From the NCBI RefSeq assembly GCF_009914755.1, contig NC_060929.1: DNA of 64,000 bases, one strand, 5' to 3'. The notes under the pieces were generated by a model that had not been told where the DNA came from, made no database searches, and saw nothing but the letters and a program-made list of their open reading frames with translations. Shown one piece after another: positions 1 to 20,860 of this stretch; the first letter of the stretch is position 1; the number at the start of each line of letters is the position of its first letter. Origin of the DNA: the human T2T-CHM13v2.0 reference genome, Homo sapiens. The translations under genes and the position numbers were made by a program.

Positions 1-34
1 AGGACAATGAGGGTTATCAAAATTTTAATCCCCA

Positions 35-338
<304 letters not shown>

Positions 339-669
339 AATCCCCATTTTTAAACCCCAGTGTTTAAACCTTGCTTTGTGAAGTGTAACCTATCACAGTG
401 AATATAGAAAAATGACATAACAGCTTCTACTTACTGTGTCAGGTCAAAAAGCACCCAAAGTTTCCATGTGTTTTCTCAGTTTTATTCTTGCAGCAAGTTT
501 AGGGGGTACTTTTTTTTTAAATCTCCCATTATCTCCATAAGGAAGCCGAGGCTCCAGGAGACTAGGTAATGTCCTCAACAATACACGTGTGGAAAGTGGA
601 AAATGGATTTCTCAACCAGGTTTGTGTATCTGTCTGCAATTCCCAGTGCTGAGCCTCTCAATGGATGAA

Positions 670-1140
670 ATAATTGAGAAAAGAAAAAAAGTGTAACTCA
701 AAAACCACCCCCCTAATAGATAGTAGTACTCATATACCATCTCCCTAACATACTGTTAGCAATTTAGGTTTATTTCCTTTGTGTTATGTATCTAAACAAA
801 ATGAAATTTAAAAAAACAACTTGGTAACTAGAGGATATGTAAAATGTTTATATCCTGTTTTGATTTTTTTTTGTCCTACTAACATTGTCATCGTAACCAT
901 CTTCCTTATTGCTTCGTGTCATCATTTTAAATGGTTGCACTCTATTTAGAGAGTGGTGGCCTTGGGGGAGAGATTCCTAGATGTGGAAATTGGTAGGTCC
1001 AAGAGTATAAATGTTTTTATGGTTTTTGATACACATTGCTAAATTGCTTTCTAAAAGATCTATTTTAATTTGCACTTCAATCAACAATTTTGAGAGTGTC
1101 ATTTTCATCACATTCTTGCTGGCATTAGTTATTGTTAGAA
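670..1140 (-). mobile_element. Old L1M (L1ME-like) 3' fragment
   Basis: Degenerate match to the L1 3' end (ggtttttgatacacattgctaaattgctttctaaaag...tgcacttc). Boundaries approximate. Confidence 0.55.
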
Positions 1141-1151
1141 AACGAAACCAA

Positions 1152-1775
<624 letters not shown>

Positions 1776-1831
1776 CTACCAAATTGTTCACAGTAGTTAG
1801 TGTCGAGAGTGGGCTGGGGCTGGTGAAGTGA

Positions 1832-2160
<329 letters not shown>

Positions 2161-2216
2161 AGGTGTCTATTTTCTCCTGTATCTAATGTGGTATTATTAA
2201 AAATATTTTATTATAG

Positions 2217-3272
<1,056 letters not shown>

Positions 3273-4297
3273 ACTTATTTTTAAATATAAAGTAATTAAA
3301 ATAAATGTTTTCTAAATGTCAGTCCTTACATCAACTTGTAAGTTGAGATTTCTTCATAGGTAGGCTAGGGCTCAACAGCAACTTGGGGAAATGCTTATTA
3401 AAAATGTAAACTCTTAGGCCTGAGCAAGACATCGAATCAGAATGTTTGGGGGTGAGCTTGGAAAATCTTTCAGTAGCCCTTCTCCTGCCCTCTGAGGCCC
3501 ATCAGGGGCTGAGAACCAGTGTCAGACAGGTTCCTCTTTATTTCCTCCAGCAATATTGTGGCTTCTTCACCTTGAGAGCCCTCCAGTGTGCAAGGGTTTG
3601 GAAAAGTGAGTGAAATCTGAGCATCTTTGTTGTGACTTTTCCCACTTGGTGCTGCTACTGCTCTGCTCCAGCCAAGCTGTCTGTAATTTGTTTTCACAAG
3701 AGCCTGCTCTCTCCCTCAAACTAGAAAAGACCCCTCCACAGGAGGCCAGGTCCGGAACGCAGGTTTAGGTGGTGTAGGCCCTTCTCACCCTCACCCCTTC
3801 TGTCCTGAGTGTTCCAGGTGGATGCCAAGGAGGTGGAGGAGGCTTCCCTGTCTCCTGGCTCTCCTGGAGGAGCAACTGTGAGGCCCCGAGATGGGGAGGG
3901 AGCCCAGATTCTGGCTTTTGGTCTTCCTGCTGTTTCTTTTGTCTGATGCTGGTGCATTTCCATGGACAGTTTATTTCCCTTGGACACTGTGGGCTTGGTT
4001 TTTCCATGAGTGTGTGACGCTGTGGTCATTCACCAGGCCCTGTTGGTGGTCTCGGTGGGGGCCACAAGGCTCAGATCTCACCTGCCCCTTTTCCTACCTC
4101 CTCCACTCTTTGCTCAGCCATCAACATTCCTTTCTGCCCCAGAAGTGTTCTTTCCAAAATGCAGATCTGCCCATGTCCCCTAATGACGTCACTTATTGAC
4201 TTCGCTATGGAAAAGGAGCGATGGGGAATGTGGCCGGAAGGACAGCAGAGAGCCAGACTGTGGAGACCTTTGAATTCCAGAGGAACAAAAGTATTTT

Positions 4298-5680
<1,383 letters not shown>

Positions 5681-5976
5681 AGTTCTGTTTAATCTTGTTC
5701 ATTTCCTTTCAGTCCTTTTACTCTAAAGAGGGGTGTGTGTGTTTGGTTTGTTTTCACATAGTTGTGATCACATTGTCTATATAATTTTATTTACTGCTTG
5801 CTTAGCATAACATCTGTAGCCAAGCATTTTCCATGTTATTTTCAACTCCTCATAAACATGCATCTTAATAGATGCATAATAATCCGATGGATGGATATAT
5901 CATAGTTTAACCATTTCCTTATTGTTGGCCATAGGAATTGTTCCAGGTTTTCATTGTTACAGAAAACTCAAGGCAT

Positions 5977-6310
<334 letters not shown>

Positions 6311-6794
6311 TCACCAGCAAAACCAGCCCCACTTTTCCCAGCCTGTTAGAACAAGTTTCTTGAGAAAAATTCTTAGAAAGGATGTTACAAAGTCAAATTA
6401 TATGAATATTTATCAAGATTTGTGACTTATCCTGCCAAATTCATTCCTGTAAAGTGAGTTCCCACTTCTATTTCCAAGACAGTGGATGAGACTGTGGCTG
6501 AGGGATGTGGATTTTGTTCTGCAGTGCTGCTGGTGAGGGCATGAGACCAGGGTTTTGATGGATTCATCCAGCAGCCATTGGGTGGGTGGCTGGGCAGAGT
6601 CGGAGTTAGGAGGCTCTCAGCGGTGACTTAACTATCTGCAAACCTGGCCCCATCCCCATGATGACTAGAGCTCCCATCCGTAGGAGAGGGAGGCCCTGTG
6701 GTCACAGTGTCACATTCCTTTTCAGTCCAGCATAAGCACTTTCACATTGTTTTTTTCCTCCGTGATTCAAATGACAAGAACTCTTCATCTTTAG

Positions 6795-6985
6795 GGATCA
6801 CAGTATAAGACAGTGAATAAGTTCATGAGCCTTGGTGTTATCCTGCCTGGATTGGGATCTCAACTCTACTATTTATTAGCTGTGTGATTCTGGACCTCAG
6901 TTTCTCAATCTGAGACATGGTACTCACCTCCTAGGATTAAATTAAACAGGTATTTTATACACAACATAATAAGTGCTGAATGCTT
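6795..6985 (+). mobile_element. MIR
   Basis: ctctactatttattagctgtgtgattctggacctcagtttctcaatctg is a MIR core. Confidence 0.7.
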
Positions 6986-6989
6986 CTTA

Positions 6990-7450
<461 letters not shown>

Positions 7451-7534
7451 CTACATTGCTAGGCAACCTTTCCAAGGTGTGTACCCACCCTGAAACCATG
7501 GGGATGAAGGGAAGGAGGTTGGGAGGCTACAGTG

Positions 7535-7620
7535 GTGCATGACCAATCATCTCGGGACATGGTACTGTCAGTGCTAAGACTGGGACAGTCCCTGGCAAAC
7601 CAGGAGTGTTAGTCACCCTG
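7535..7620. mobile_element. MER94-like hAT MITE
   Basis: tgaccaatc...gggacagtccctggcaaaccagg...gtcaccct resembles the MER94 terminal repeats. Confidence 0.6.
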
Positions 7621-9095
7621 GCATGGTGAGAGTGGGTGAAGGATCTGGTAAAGCTGTCCAAGGGTGGGAGAACAAGACTCTGGAGCATTTGAGAAGGGTT
7701 TGCTTTTCCTTTAATTATTGTTTGGCAAATCCCCTTGAAGCTCATTTCACCTGCAACTTCTGGGAATGAATTGGCTGCCAAAAATAAGACCCACGTGGGG
7801 TGGGGGCAGGGGGGTAATTAAGTGCCTCCCAGGAAGCAGGGGCAAGGATACTTCAATATCTTCCAGATTCCTAGAGTGTGAATGATGTGAGCTTGCCTTG
7901 GGGTGAAGGCTGCTGGAGTCAGCTCTTTCCGATCCTGGCTAGTTTTCTGCTCCTAATAAAGGCTTCTTTCATGGCTGGGCAAGAGGAAGACTCAGATGGC
8001 CCTCCGTGGACAAGGGTTGGTTCCCGAATCTGTCCCAGGTAACTTCTTGTTCCTCTGGGTCTCTGTGTGTAATATCCCCAGAGACAGAGGCCAAGAGAGG
8101 GGAAAGTGACTACACTTACACTGCAGGCCAGCGGAGGGGGTGGTCAATAGCTGGTACTTCCTCTTCCAGCTCTTTTAAAGCATTTTAAAATTGGATTAGT
8201 GTTTCAACAAACACTTGAAGGTTTGCTTTCCTCGGAGAGGCCCGAAGGGCTGAGGAAGAGCCTTCATCTGTTTACTTTTTCTTTATGTGGAAATCTACTT
8301 GGGCTGTTTCTACAACTAGCTTGCCCCTCTCCCTTGGTGCCCCCTCCACCAGGTAAACCTCACCCCCTAACTTCCAGGCAGGTCTGCATTCACCCTCAGG
8401 GCCCTGGCCCACCATGGCTTTCTGGGTTGGCTGAATCCTCGTGCCCTCCAGGAGCACTTTGGAGCAGCAGGGCTCAGGCAGCTCTCTCTGACCTGTGCCA
8501 GCCTTGAAAGTTTTCCTGGAATGAAGAAGTGAGCTGACAGTGGACAGTCCTGTGTACTTCATCTGCTTCTTGCAGGGAAACCAACAGAAGCGGTCTCTTT
8601 CCTCCTGTGGGTAGAGAAAGCCAGGAAGATGGGGCAAAGCCTTGGGAAAACAGGTGGCTCTCAGCCCCACCAGAGCTCTTTGTCCTCATCCTTTTTATTT
8701 AAGCCCCTGCTTGGAGCCAGGCAGTGTGTGTGTGTGTGAGAGTTGTGCAAACAGATATGTGCATGGATGTATGTACAGAGGAAAAAAAGACTGGGGCAGG
8801 GCATTGTGGAGCTCTGAAAGGGAAGGAGGGCAGGCGGTCAAAGTAGACTTCTGTGTTTTATTCTGTGTATTAGTATATTATATATGAACACATTTAAAGT
8901 ACATATTGAATAATAAGAGAATTATCCTCTGAGATCCATGTGATCACTGTTAACTGAAGTACAGGGTCAAGCCTTGGAAGATTCAGGAATGACTTCCCAG
9001 AGGAGGTGGCGGGCAAACAGAGATCACAGGATAAGTGGAGGTAGCTGGATTCATTTTATAGACATTTGTTGAGTGTCTGTTGTGTGTCAGATACT

Positions 9096-9395
9096 ATTTT
9101 TTTTTTTATTTTTTTTGAGATGGAGTCTCGCTCTGTCTCCCAGGCTGGAGTGCAGTGGCATGATCTTGGCTCACTGCAACTGCCGCCTCCCGGGTTCAAC
9201 TGAGGCAGGAGTGCCTCAGCCTCCCGAGTAGCTGGAACTACAGGTGTGTACCACCACGCCCAGCTAATTTTTGTATTTTTAGTAGAGACGGGGTTTCACT
9301 GTACTGGTCAGACTGGTCTTGAACTGACCTTGTGATCTGCCTGCCTCGGCCTCCCAAAGTGCTGGGATTACAGGCGTGAGCCACTATGCCCAGCC
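9096..9395 (-). mobile_element. AluS with internal micro-inversion
   Basis: Antisense Alu, TSD cagatactatttt; non-consensus segment at 9200-9211. Confidence 0.92.
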
Positions 9396-9519
9396 CCAGA
9401 TACTATTTTAGAAGCAAAGGATCTAGCAGAGAATAAACACATAAAGATCTTGCCATTGTGGAACTTACAGTCCAGTGGAGGGAGAAAGATGAACAAAAAG
9501 ATCATATGATGTCAGGTGG

Positions 9520-10228
<709 letters not shown>

Positions 10229-10290
10229 GTGCTGTGAAGCAAATGAAGCAGCTGTGGGATAGTGAGGCTACAGAGTGACAGGTTAGGCCC

Positions 10291-10781
<491 letters not shown>

Positions 10782-13027
10782 TAGCAAGGTCTTTAGGGCT
10801 GAAATCTGGATCATGTGTCAGAGCCAGACTTTCAAATGGCCCCCCTAGAGGGTGTGTTCTGGGTAAAGGAAACAGCCTGTACAAAGGCCCTGAGGGGTGT
10901 GTTCAGTGTGTTTGAGCAACAGTGAGGAGGAGGGGGTTTGTAGGGGAAGAGTGATAGGAAATAAGGTTGAAGAGGGTGGGGTGAGAGTAGATCATGCAGG
11001 CCTTATAGGATGTGATAAAAAGGGATGAGAAAGAAAGCTGGGAGGAAGGATAATTTGGATTTAGGGTAAGGGACAGCATTGCTCATCTACAGGACCACAA
11101 GGGGTTCTGTGCTGCAGGGGCATAAGAAGGAGCATGTGCCATGTGGGGAATGCAGGGAAGCAGGGCAGAGGGACGTAGGAGAGGAAGATTAAGAGCCAAG
11201 GGGGAGGGGCAGGCAGGCAGGTCCTTTTCCATCTTTTCAGTCAGGGTTTCTCAATCATTTTAATGAGAGCCTCAGCCGTTGCGTAAAAATCAAGCAATAA
11301 AGGGAGGAATGCCTCTCTGTTTAACTTGAAGGAGAGCTACAGAAGATGGAAAAGAGGGTTAGTTGAAATAAAGTTGGAGCTGATCTCGCTTGGCTGGCTG
11401 CCCTTTCTATAAATATCGCCCTCCCAGTCCTGGAAATGCAGCAGTTAGGGTCCTTGTGAGCTACTGAGGAACATCCTTCCTGTTCAAATGCCCAGGACTT
11501 GGCTGCCTGTGCACTTCCATATGCAAAGTGCCTAGAAGCTGGGGAGAGGGAGAGTGCAGGGTCAAAAGTGGGGAATTCTGAGCCCACTCCTTTTACCCCC
11601 TGGGGGTGGCCTCACTTCCTCTGGGGGCTCTGACAGCTCTCTGGCCTGTCTTCAGCTTAGAAATCTGCAAAAGTCATTGGCCAGGCTCAGGAGAACTAAT
11701 CCTTTGTGCCAGAGGTATGGTGGTATGGTGGGGAGCTAGCTCCTCGCTGGTGCTGAGCCCTGCTGCCCCTGGGGTTTTACTGGGAGAGAGGGAGAGGGTG
11801 GAGGGGCTAGTGTAATTCGGCAATTTGTGAGTTAAAAAGCAGATGAGAACCCACAGAGTAACGAGACATTCTTCTCTTTGCATGCAAGATTCTGCTGAAT
11901 GTTGGAAGAGGAAGGAATATTTTTCTTGCTTTTCAGACATGACATCCTGTGAGGGGAAGATTTGGAACAGATGGGGGCCAGGGGAGCCTCACTGTATTTG
12001 CTTGTTTCACCACCACCTCCTCCCTCCCACAACCAGAAATGTCTTTTTCTTCCCGCCTAGGGAAGTTAATGTAAAGGCAGGTAGGGGGGATGTCCTGTAG
12101 ATTAGGAAAGTAAGTTATCAGGGGTCAGGGAAAAATAATCCATTAGGTTTCCAGAAAGAATCCACTTTTCATTGCAGTCTCCTTCTAGGTCCAAAGATAG
12201 ACAACTAACTCAAAATTGTATCTTCGCTTTAATCACTGCTCTGGTGATATTTGCATTAATGAAAGAGAAAAGAAAGCATCCCCAACAGATGGAAAAGGCG
12301 GCTCTCTGACTAGTGAAAGGTAAGGAATTTTTCTGAAATCTTGGGTGCACAATGTGGGAAAAACAAAATTGGTAATGTCTCATGGGATCAGCGCAGGCAT
12401 CTGCACAGTTTTCACTCCGACTTCTGTCTGTCAGATTGACTGCATTAGAGAAGACCGTAAATGTGGTGATGGAAGTGGGCTGTGACACACTTGACTGGCT
12501 GTAGCAGTGTTCCTGGTAGAGCCACATTCCCAGCACAGCTGTGGGTAGCTGGGCAGCTAGTATGATGTTAGTCCCCAAATCACAGCCGATTCTTTCTGCT
12601 GTCAAATGTACAGCCCCTGAGCCCCCTTCCCCTGAACCTGGAAGGGGGTTCTGCTGGTGAAGTCAGATGGCCTTGTTAGCCAGGGTGGGCCAGTCTAACT
12701 GCCTGTTGCATCTTGTCTGTTCCCCAAAGACAGCTTGGCTTGATGTGATGTGAAAAGGATGGGGCAGAAGGAGAAGGGGACAGATTCTGTGCTTTCCTTC
12801 TGTCGTTCTTTTTTGGCTGGTGGGAGCCTGTGTTGTTTTTCTCTTCCTTCGTAGGAGGGGATTTTGAGTTCTGGGGTCTGGCTGAGGAGACACGTGCCAG
12901 AGTGTCTGGCCCTTTTGGGTCAGGCTGCCTGACTCTGGCACACAGTTCTGGAAGGATGTCCTGGAGAGCTGGTTTACTGAGGCAACAGCTGCAAGCTAAC
13001 TAGGGAAAGAGAAGAGGAAAGTACTAG

Positions 13028-13853
<826 letters not shown>

Positions 13854-13884
13854 AAGGAAAGACATAGTTGAAAAATCACTTGCT

Positions 13885-14185
<301 letters not shown>

Positions 14186-14829
14186 GGTCTCTTGCTAACA
14201 GAGTAATGTGGCCTGTGTGCCTAGCTAGGATGAGATTTCCCATCTTGATTCTTTACTCTTCTAACAACTAGACAATGTAAACTTGATACATTTAGTGGGA
14301 GCTCTAGGCTCTCCCTCTCTTCTCTGTTGTTACAGTTCCCATAGGCATGTTATCTGCCCATTGGAAAGGACGATGGAAAAACAAAAAACCTGTCCTGGAC
14401 CCTGCAGTTAGGACTTCAGGGGACACATGAGTGAATATAAATAATACAGGTCCGCTCCCATAGAACCCAAATGTAAATATAAGAACATTTAACTCGTAGT
14501 GGACTTTCTAGGGTCAGGCAAGGATATAAGCAACAGACATAATTAGTTAATTCAAGAAATATTAATTGAACCCTCACTATTTGCTAGTCCCCATGGATAC
14601 AGTGACGAATGGACAGACACAGCCCCACCTTTCTGGACCTGTGGTCTTGTGCTGTGTATGCAGACTTGTAGACAGGCTTTTGCGATACACTCTGTGAGAG
14701 GTGCTGAGATACAGGACATAAGAAGAGTTGTGGGCTTTTATGGAGTGGGGGGAATCGGGAAGACCTGCCCAGAGGAAGTGATGTTGAAGTTAATCCACGA
14801 ATAAGCAGAGTTGACATTGAATGTTTATG

Positions 14830-14935
14830 CTTAGTTGACCTGCTACAGGCCTTTGGTCCTGGTATAATTTTTATTTGCACCATCTTTTACTCTGAAAAGT
14901 GCCTGGTTTGGATGGTGAGCTCTTTGGTGCCCTAA
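14830..14935 (-). mobile_element. MER81-like hAT MITE
   Basis: cttttactctgaaaagtgcctggtttggatgg...ggtgcccta resembles the MER81 reverse complement. Confidence 0.55.
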
Positions 14936-15368
14936 CTATGTGCCAGGCATTGCTCCAGGAGCCCCATCATAAGAATAGCCCTGGCTCATAGTGAGTGAGT
15001 AAAACTGAGCTGTTTGCCAGTCACATGATTTATGTCATTCAGTCCTGAGCTGGGCCCTATTTTATTAGTTAGGGATGCTTTGGGCTGCAAATAAGGGGAA
15101 ACTCTGTGAACAGCAGCTTTAATCAGACTGGTGTTTATTTTATTTTATTTTATTTTTTGAGGCGGAGTCTCACTTTGTCCCCCAGGCTGGAGTGCAGTGG
15201 CGCGATCTTGGCTTGCTGAAACCTCCGCCTCCCAGGTTCAAGCGATTCTCCTGCCTCAGCCTCCCAAGTAGCTGGGACTACAGGTGCGTGTCACCATGCC
15301 CAGCTAATTTTTGTATGTTTAGTAGAGACAGGGTTTTACTATGTTGGCCAAGATGGTCTCGATCTCTT

Positions 15369-15778
<410 letters not shown>

Positions 15779-16095
15779 CGACAGTCTTGATCTCTTGATG
15801 TCGTGATCTTCCCGCTTCGGCCTCCCAGAGTGCTGGGATTGCAGGCATGAGCCACCGCACCCAGCCTCCAAATTACCTTTTTAAACAAGCTTTTTCTTAT
15901 AAAATGTTCACTGTAATCTATTAAAAGTAAAAGGCAAAATACAAGTTAATGTTAACGTTTTGATCAAAATTATTTCAAAACTAAAGAAATAACATTTTGA
16001 AAATTTAATCTTAGTTTTACTTCAATGAGATATTTAATACCTGAAATTCCAGTGCTTAATGTCCATTTAATTTCCAAAGAAAAGAATTGGCATTG

Positions 16096-16313
16096 GCTGG
16101 TGCAGTGGCTCGTACCTGTGATCCTAGCATTTTGGGAGGCAGAGGCAGGCAGATTGCTTGAGCTAGGAGATCAGCCTGGGCAACGTGGTGAAACCCTGAC
16201 TCTAACAAAAATACAAAACTTAATCGGGCATGGTGGTGAGCGCCTGTAGTCGCAGCTACTTGGGAGGCTGAGGTGGGAGGATCACTTGAGTCCAGCAAAA
16301 AAAAAAAAAAAAA
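16096..16313 (+). mobile_element. AluJ, 3'-truncated
   Basis: Diverged Alu ending mid right arm in poly-A. Confidence 0.85.
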
Positions 16314-17299
16314 ATCGGTGTTATTGGTATTATGCATCCTTCAAGTTTTATTTTATAAATATATTTCCCATATCTATGTGAGATAATGTATCTGCATTTA
16401 TGATACATATGTATGCAATGTGATATAATTTTGCAAAATATCCCTCTGCCACCATGTGCAACTGGTGCTAATTTAGTAGCACTGATTTGTGAGTCCTCTG
16501 GAACCATGAATAGGAACAGAAGCAAAAAAATGGATATTCAGTTCTCCTGAATATCCTATTCATGCTCCTATTCATTTTGCAAGAATGTATTGCATTTGTG
16601 CTGAGAGGAAGGATTTGACAAGCTAATTTGTCTTTTCTTTTCCCTAAGTGCTCTACCACTCCAATCCTTCCCACACTCCACTGCAGCATTGGTCTCTGGT
16701 GTTGGCAGTGGCATAATCCACAAACCTTCTTATTTAGACACAGTTACCTTTTGTTTTGAGGGGACAGGGGAAGAGGTGTGAAGTGTTTCTCTGGGGCCTG
16801 ACTGGTGTTAGGTGTTACTTGTGCTAGGTGTTACTTGTGACAACATCATGCCGTGTGACCCTCGATGACAGAGGTGCCCACGTGTTGTTTAACTTTTACG
16901 CATGTGTTTGAAATAGGTGGGACCCTGAAGCACAGGGCCCAGGGCAGGGGCCTCTCTTGTCTGGTTCTAAGGGCAGTACTCTTGTTTTCCAGAAACCCTC
17001 AGTAGGCTTCCTTTTACATTTCATTAGATAGAATTAATCACTGCCAGAAAGAAGGTAAATTTCTGTAACTTCCTTCTGCCAATCATGAGTCATTCTCTGG
17101 GATGAGCACATGGTCTCTGGACAAAATTGGGGTTCTGTTAGTGAGGAAGAAGAAATGGCTGGACAGTCAACCAGTGATATCTCCACAATTATTATTCCCA
17201 TTTTTTTGAAGGGGAAATTGAAGCTTAGAATGGTTAAGGTTGTATACCTGGAAGTGGTGGAACTGTGGTTTGAACCAAGGAAGGTTGGCTAAGGAATCT

Positions 17300-18740
17300 A
17301 ACTTAACCACTCTACTTGCTGTTTCCCATGGCTGAGGAGCAGGAGTTAGCTGTACTGGAGTTTGAGAAAATCCCAGGCAGAGGAAATAGCATGTGCTGCA
17401 GCCCAGAGAAGCAAGGGGTGGCATGGTCTCACTGCAGATTGAGAGATGCCGAGTGACTCAAGTCTGTTGTGTGAGGGGAGTGCTGGGAGATGAGGCTGGA
17501 GAGGGTGTGCATCTGGGGCTGCTGAGTGGAGATGGGAGGGGACAAGATTGGGAATGGCATGGGCTGGAAGACTGTTGAAAGATTTTACTAGGGAAGAGAT
17601 CCAGGTAACCTGAAATAGGAGAGGCAGAAGGGAAGGCATGCAATCAAGAGAGATTTAGAAAGCAGAATTGGGATTTGATGATATGAAGGTGGAGGAGAAT
17701 CACCTGAGTTTATGGCTTGGAAATGGGTTACCATTCAGAAACAGAAGGCAGTGTTACCAGTGGAAGGTCTTGACCATGAGTTGTCCAGGTTCTTGGCATT
17801 TTGAACAAAGAATTGGACAACACACACAAAGCAATGAAAGAATGAAGCAATGAAAGCACAGATTTATTGAAATGCAAGTACACTCCACAGAGTGGGAGTG
17901 GGCTGGAGCAAGCCCTGGTTACAGAATTTTCTGGGGTTTAAATACTCTCTAGAGGTTTCCCATCGGTTACTTGGCTACAACCTATGTCAATGAAGACTTG
18001 GTCCATGACCAGTCTGTTTGGTTGTGGGAGGTGACCAATTAGAGGCTGAAGTGAAGTTACAGAGTTACAACCTATGCAAATGAAGACTTGGCCAGGGACC
18101 AGTCTGATTGGTTGTGGGAGGGGACCAATCAGAGGTGCTTTCCATTTTTCATTTGCAATGCAGAAAGGGGGTGGGGTTGCAAAAGGAGTAGCCTCTGATC
18201 CTTTTGTTACTTGGGCGTAGAGAGGTAAGATTTTCCTTTTGATTCAGTTCTAGGAAGTCAGCACAAATCAGCCTTAGGTTCCCTACCTTCAGACCCTATT
18301 CTCCTGCCTTAACAGTACCAGGTGAGGGCATAGGGGAGAAGGAGTCCACTTTTTATTTTTTGAGTCTCATTTTGGACATGTTGAGTTCAAGGACATAGAG
18401 TGGAGCTGTCCTGTAAACATTAGAGTCTGAAACTCAGGAGAGACATCTGGACTAGAGAGAAATGTGGGCTGCTTCAACACGTAGAACCCCTGGGTTCCAT
18501 GGTGGGTGAGAGTGTGTAACACATGAAAAGAGAGTCTAGGACAGAGCCGTGTTTAAGGAAAGGAGGCCCACAGAGGAAACCGAGAAGACATGCCTCACAT
18601 AGAAGAAGCCAGGAGAATTTGGTGACACTAACACTGAGGAAAGGGAGTTTTAAGCAGGAAAGAAAGATAAGGCCTGAGAAGTACCACAAAGGTCATTGAT
18701 GATGACAGCAAGAGTGTGACAGCCAGATAACAGAAGGTTG
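17300..18740 (+). mobile_element. L2 fragments interrupted by a MER51 LTR
   Basis: Purine-rich L2-like text (ttttggacatgttgagttcaagg...ctcaggagagacatctggactagag). Confidence 0.6.
17752..18311 (-). mobile_element. MER51-family ERV1 solo LTR
   Basis: The reverse complement begins TAAGGCAGGAGAATAGGGTCTGAAGGTAGGGAACCTAAGGC (MER51 5' end) and ends TAACA. AATAAA on the minus strand near 17863; internal repeat of about 90-bp period with CCAAT boxes. Confidence 0.85.
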
Positions 18741-19184
18741 ATGGGAATGTAGCTCCTTCATTCAAGATATTAAATATGAAGGGAAGGGTATGTGAGGATC
18801 CAGGAAAGCTTTTTTTTTAAAAAAAACAAAACAAAACAAAACAAAAACCATGCAGGAAGATTGGAGCATGTTAAATTGCTTCTGAGAGGTAGACTTCTGG
18901 TAGAACAGAAGTTGAAGATAGAGACGAGGTGGGTAGTGGAAAGTGTGAGGACCTGAGAAGGTGGGGAAGAGTATGGGATCCTGACTCAGATAGAAAGAGG
19001 ACTCCCATTGGAACAGGTAGAGTAGAGACCAGGAGAATGGGTGGGACTGGGACATTGAGGAACTTCCTTTAAGATGGTTTGTTTCCTATATAAAGTAGCT
19101 GCAAGAGAGGGAGTGGTGGGTCAGATGTTTAGGGAAGTTGAATTGCAATTGTCTCCTGTAAGGACAGGAGAGCTGAGTGGGGAG

Positions 19185-19938
<754 letters not shown>

Positions 19939-20390
19939 CTAGACAGTGCAGGAAAGGCAGGTGGCTTAGAATATCTGGGTTGTCTCCAGATATCTCACTT
20001 GGGTGAGACCGAAAGCCCTTACCTTGGTTGGTGAGGCCCTGCCGTCCCTCTCACCCTTGCATATAGCAGCCCGCTGCTCTGCTGGCTCTTCTGCAAACAC
20101 CCTTTGCTCCCTTAGTCTCAGGGCCTCTGCTCTGGCGGTTCTCTCTGCCTGGAATGTTCTTCCTGTAGTATCCCCAAGGCTCATGCCCCTTGTTCCCCCT
20201 GGGAACCTGAGAGGCCTTCCCTGATTACTTTATTACTTCCTGCTCCATCTTTCTTTATGTCACTTCCCACCTCCTGACATATTATATATGTGTATTTTCT
20301 GTCTCTTTCCATTAAAATGAAAGTACTGTGAGAATGAGAGGTTGGTCTTGCTCACTGTTGTTGAACTGATATGTAAAATAATGATACATG

Positions 20391-20860
20391 GGCCAGGCAA
20401 AGTGGCTCACACCTATAACCACCACTTTGGGAGGCCGAGTTAGGTGGATCACCTGAGGTCAGGAGTTCAAGACCAGCCTGGGCAACATGGTGAAACCCCA
20501 TCTCTACTAAAAATACAAAAATTAGCCAGGGGTGGTGGTGGGTGCCTGTAATCCCAGATACTTGGGAGGCTAAAGCAGAGAATTGCTTGAACCCAGGAGA
20601 CGGAGGTTGCAGTGAGCTGAGATCGCGCCACTGGACTCCAGCCTGGGCAACAGAGCGAGACACCGTCTCAAAAAAAAAAATTAGTTGGGCATGGTGATGT
20701 GTGCCTGTAGAACCAGCTACTCGGGAGGATTGCTGGAGCCCAGGAGTTGGAGGCTGCAGTGAGCTACGATTGTGCCACTGCACTCCAGCCTGGGTGACAG
20801 ACTGAGACTCTGCCTCTTAGAAAATTAAAAAAAAAACAAAAAACAACAACAACAAAAAAA
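20391..20860 (+). mobile_element. AluSx (20391-20680) followed by an AluJ right arm (20681-20860)
   Basis: Alu bodies and A tails. Confidence 0.9.

Noticed and set aside
7797-7814. G-rich run as a G-quadruplex
   Set aside because: Only three G-tracts.
16809-16839. TAGGTGTTACTTGTG duplicated in tandem
   Set aside because: Ordinary two-copy slippage duplication.
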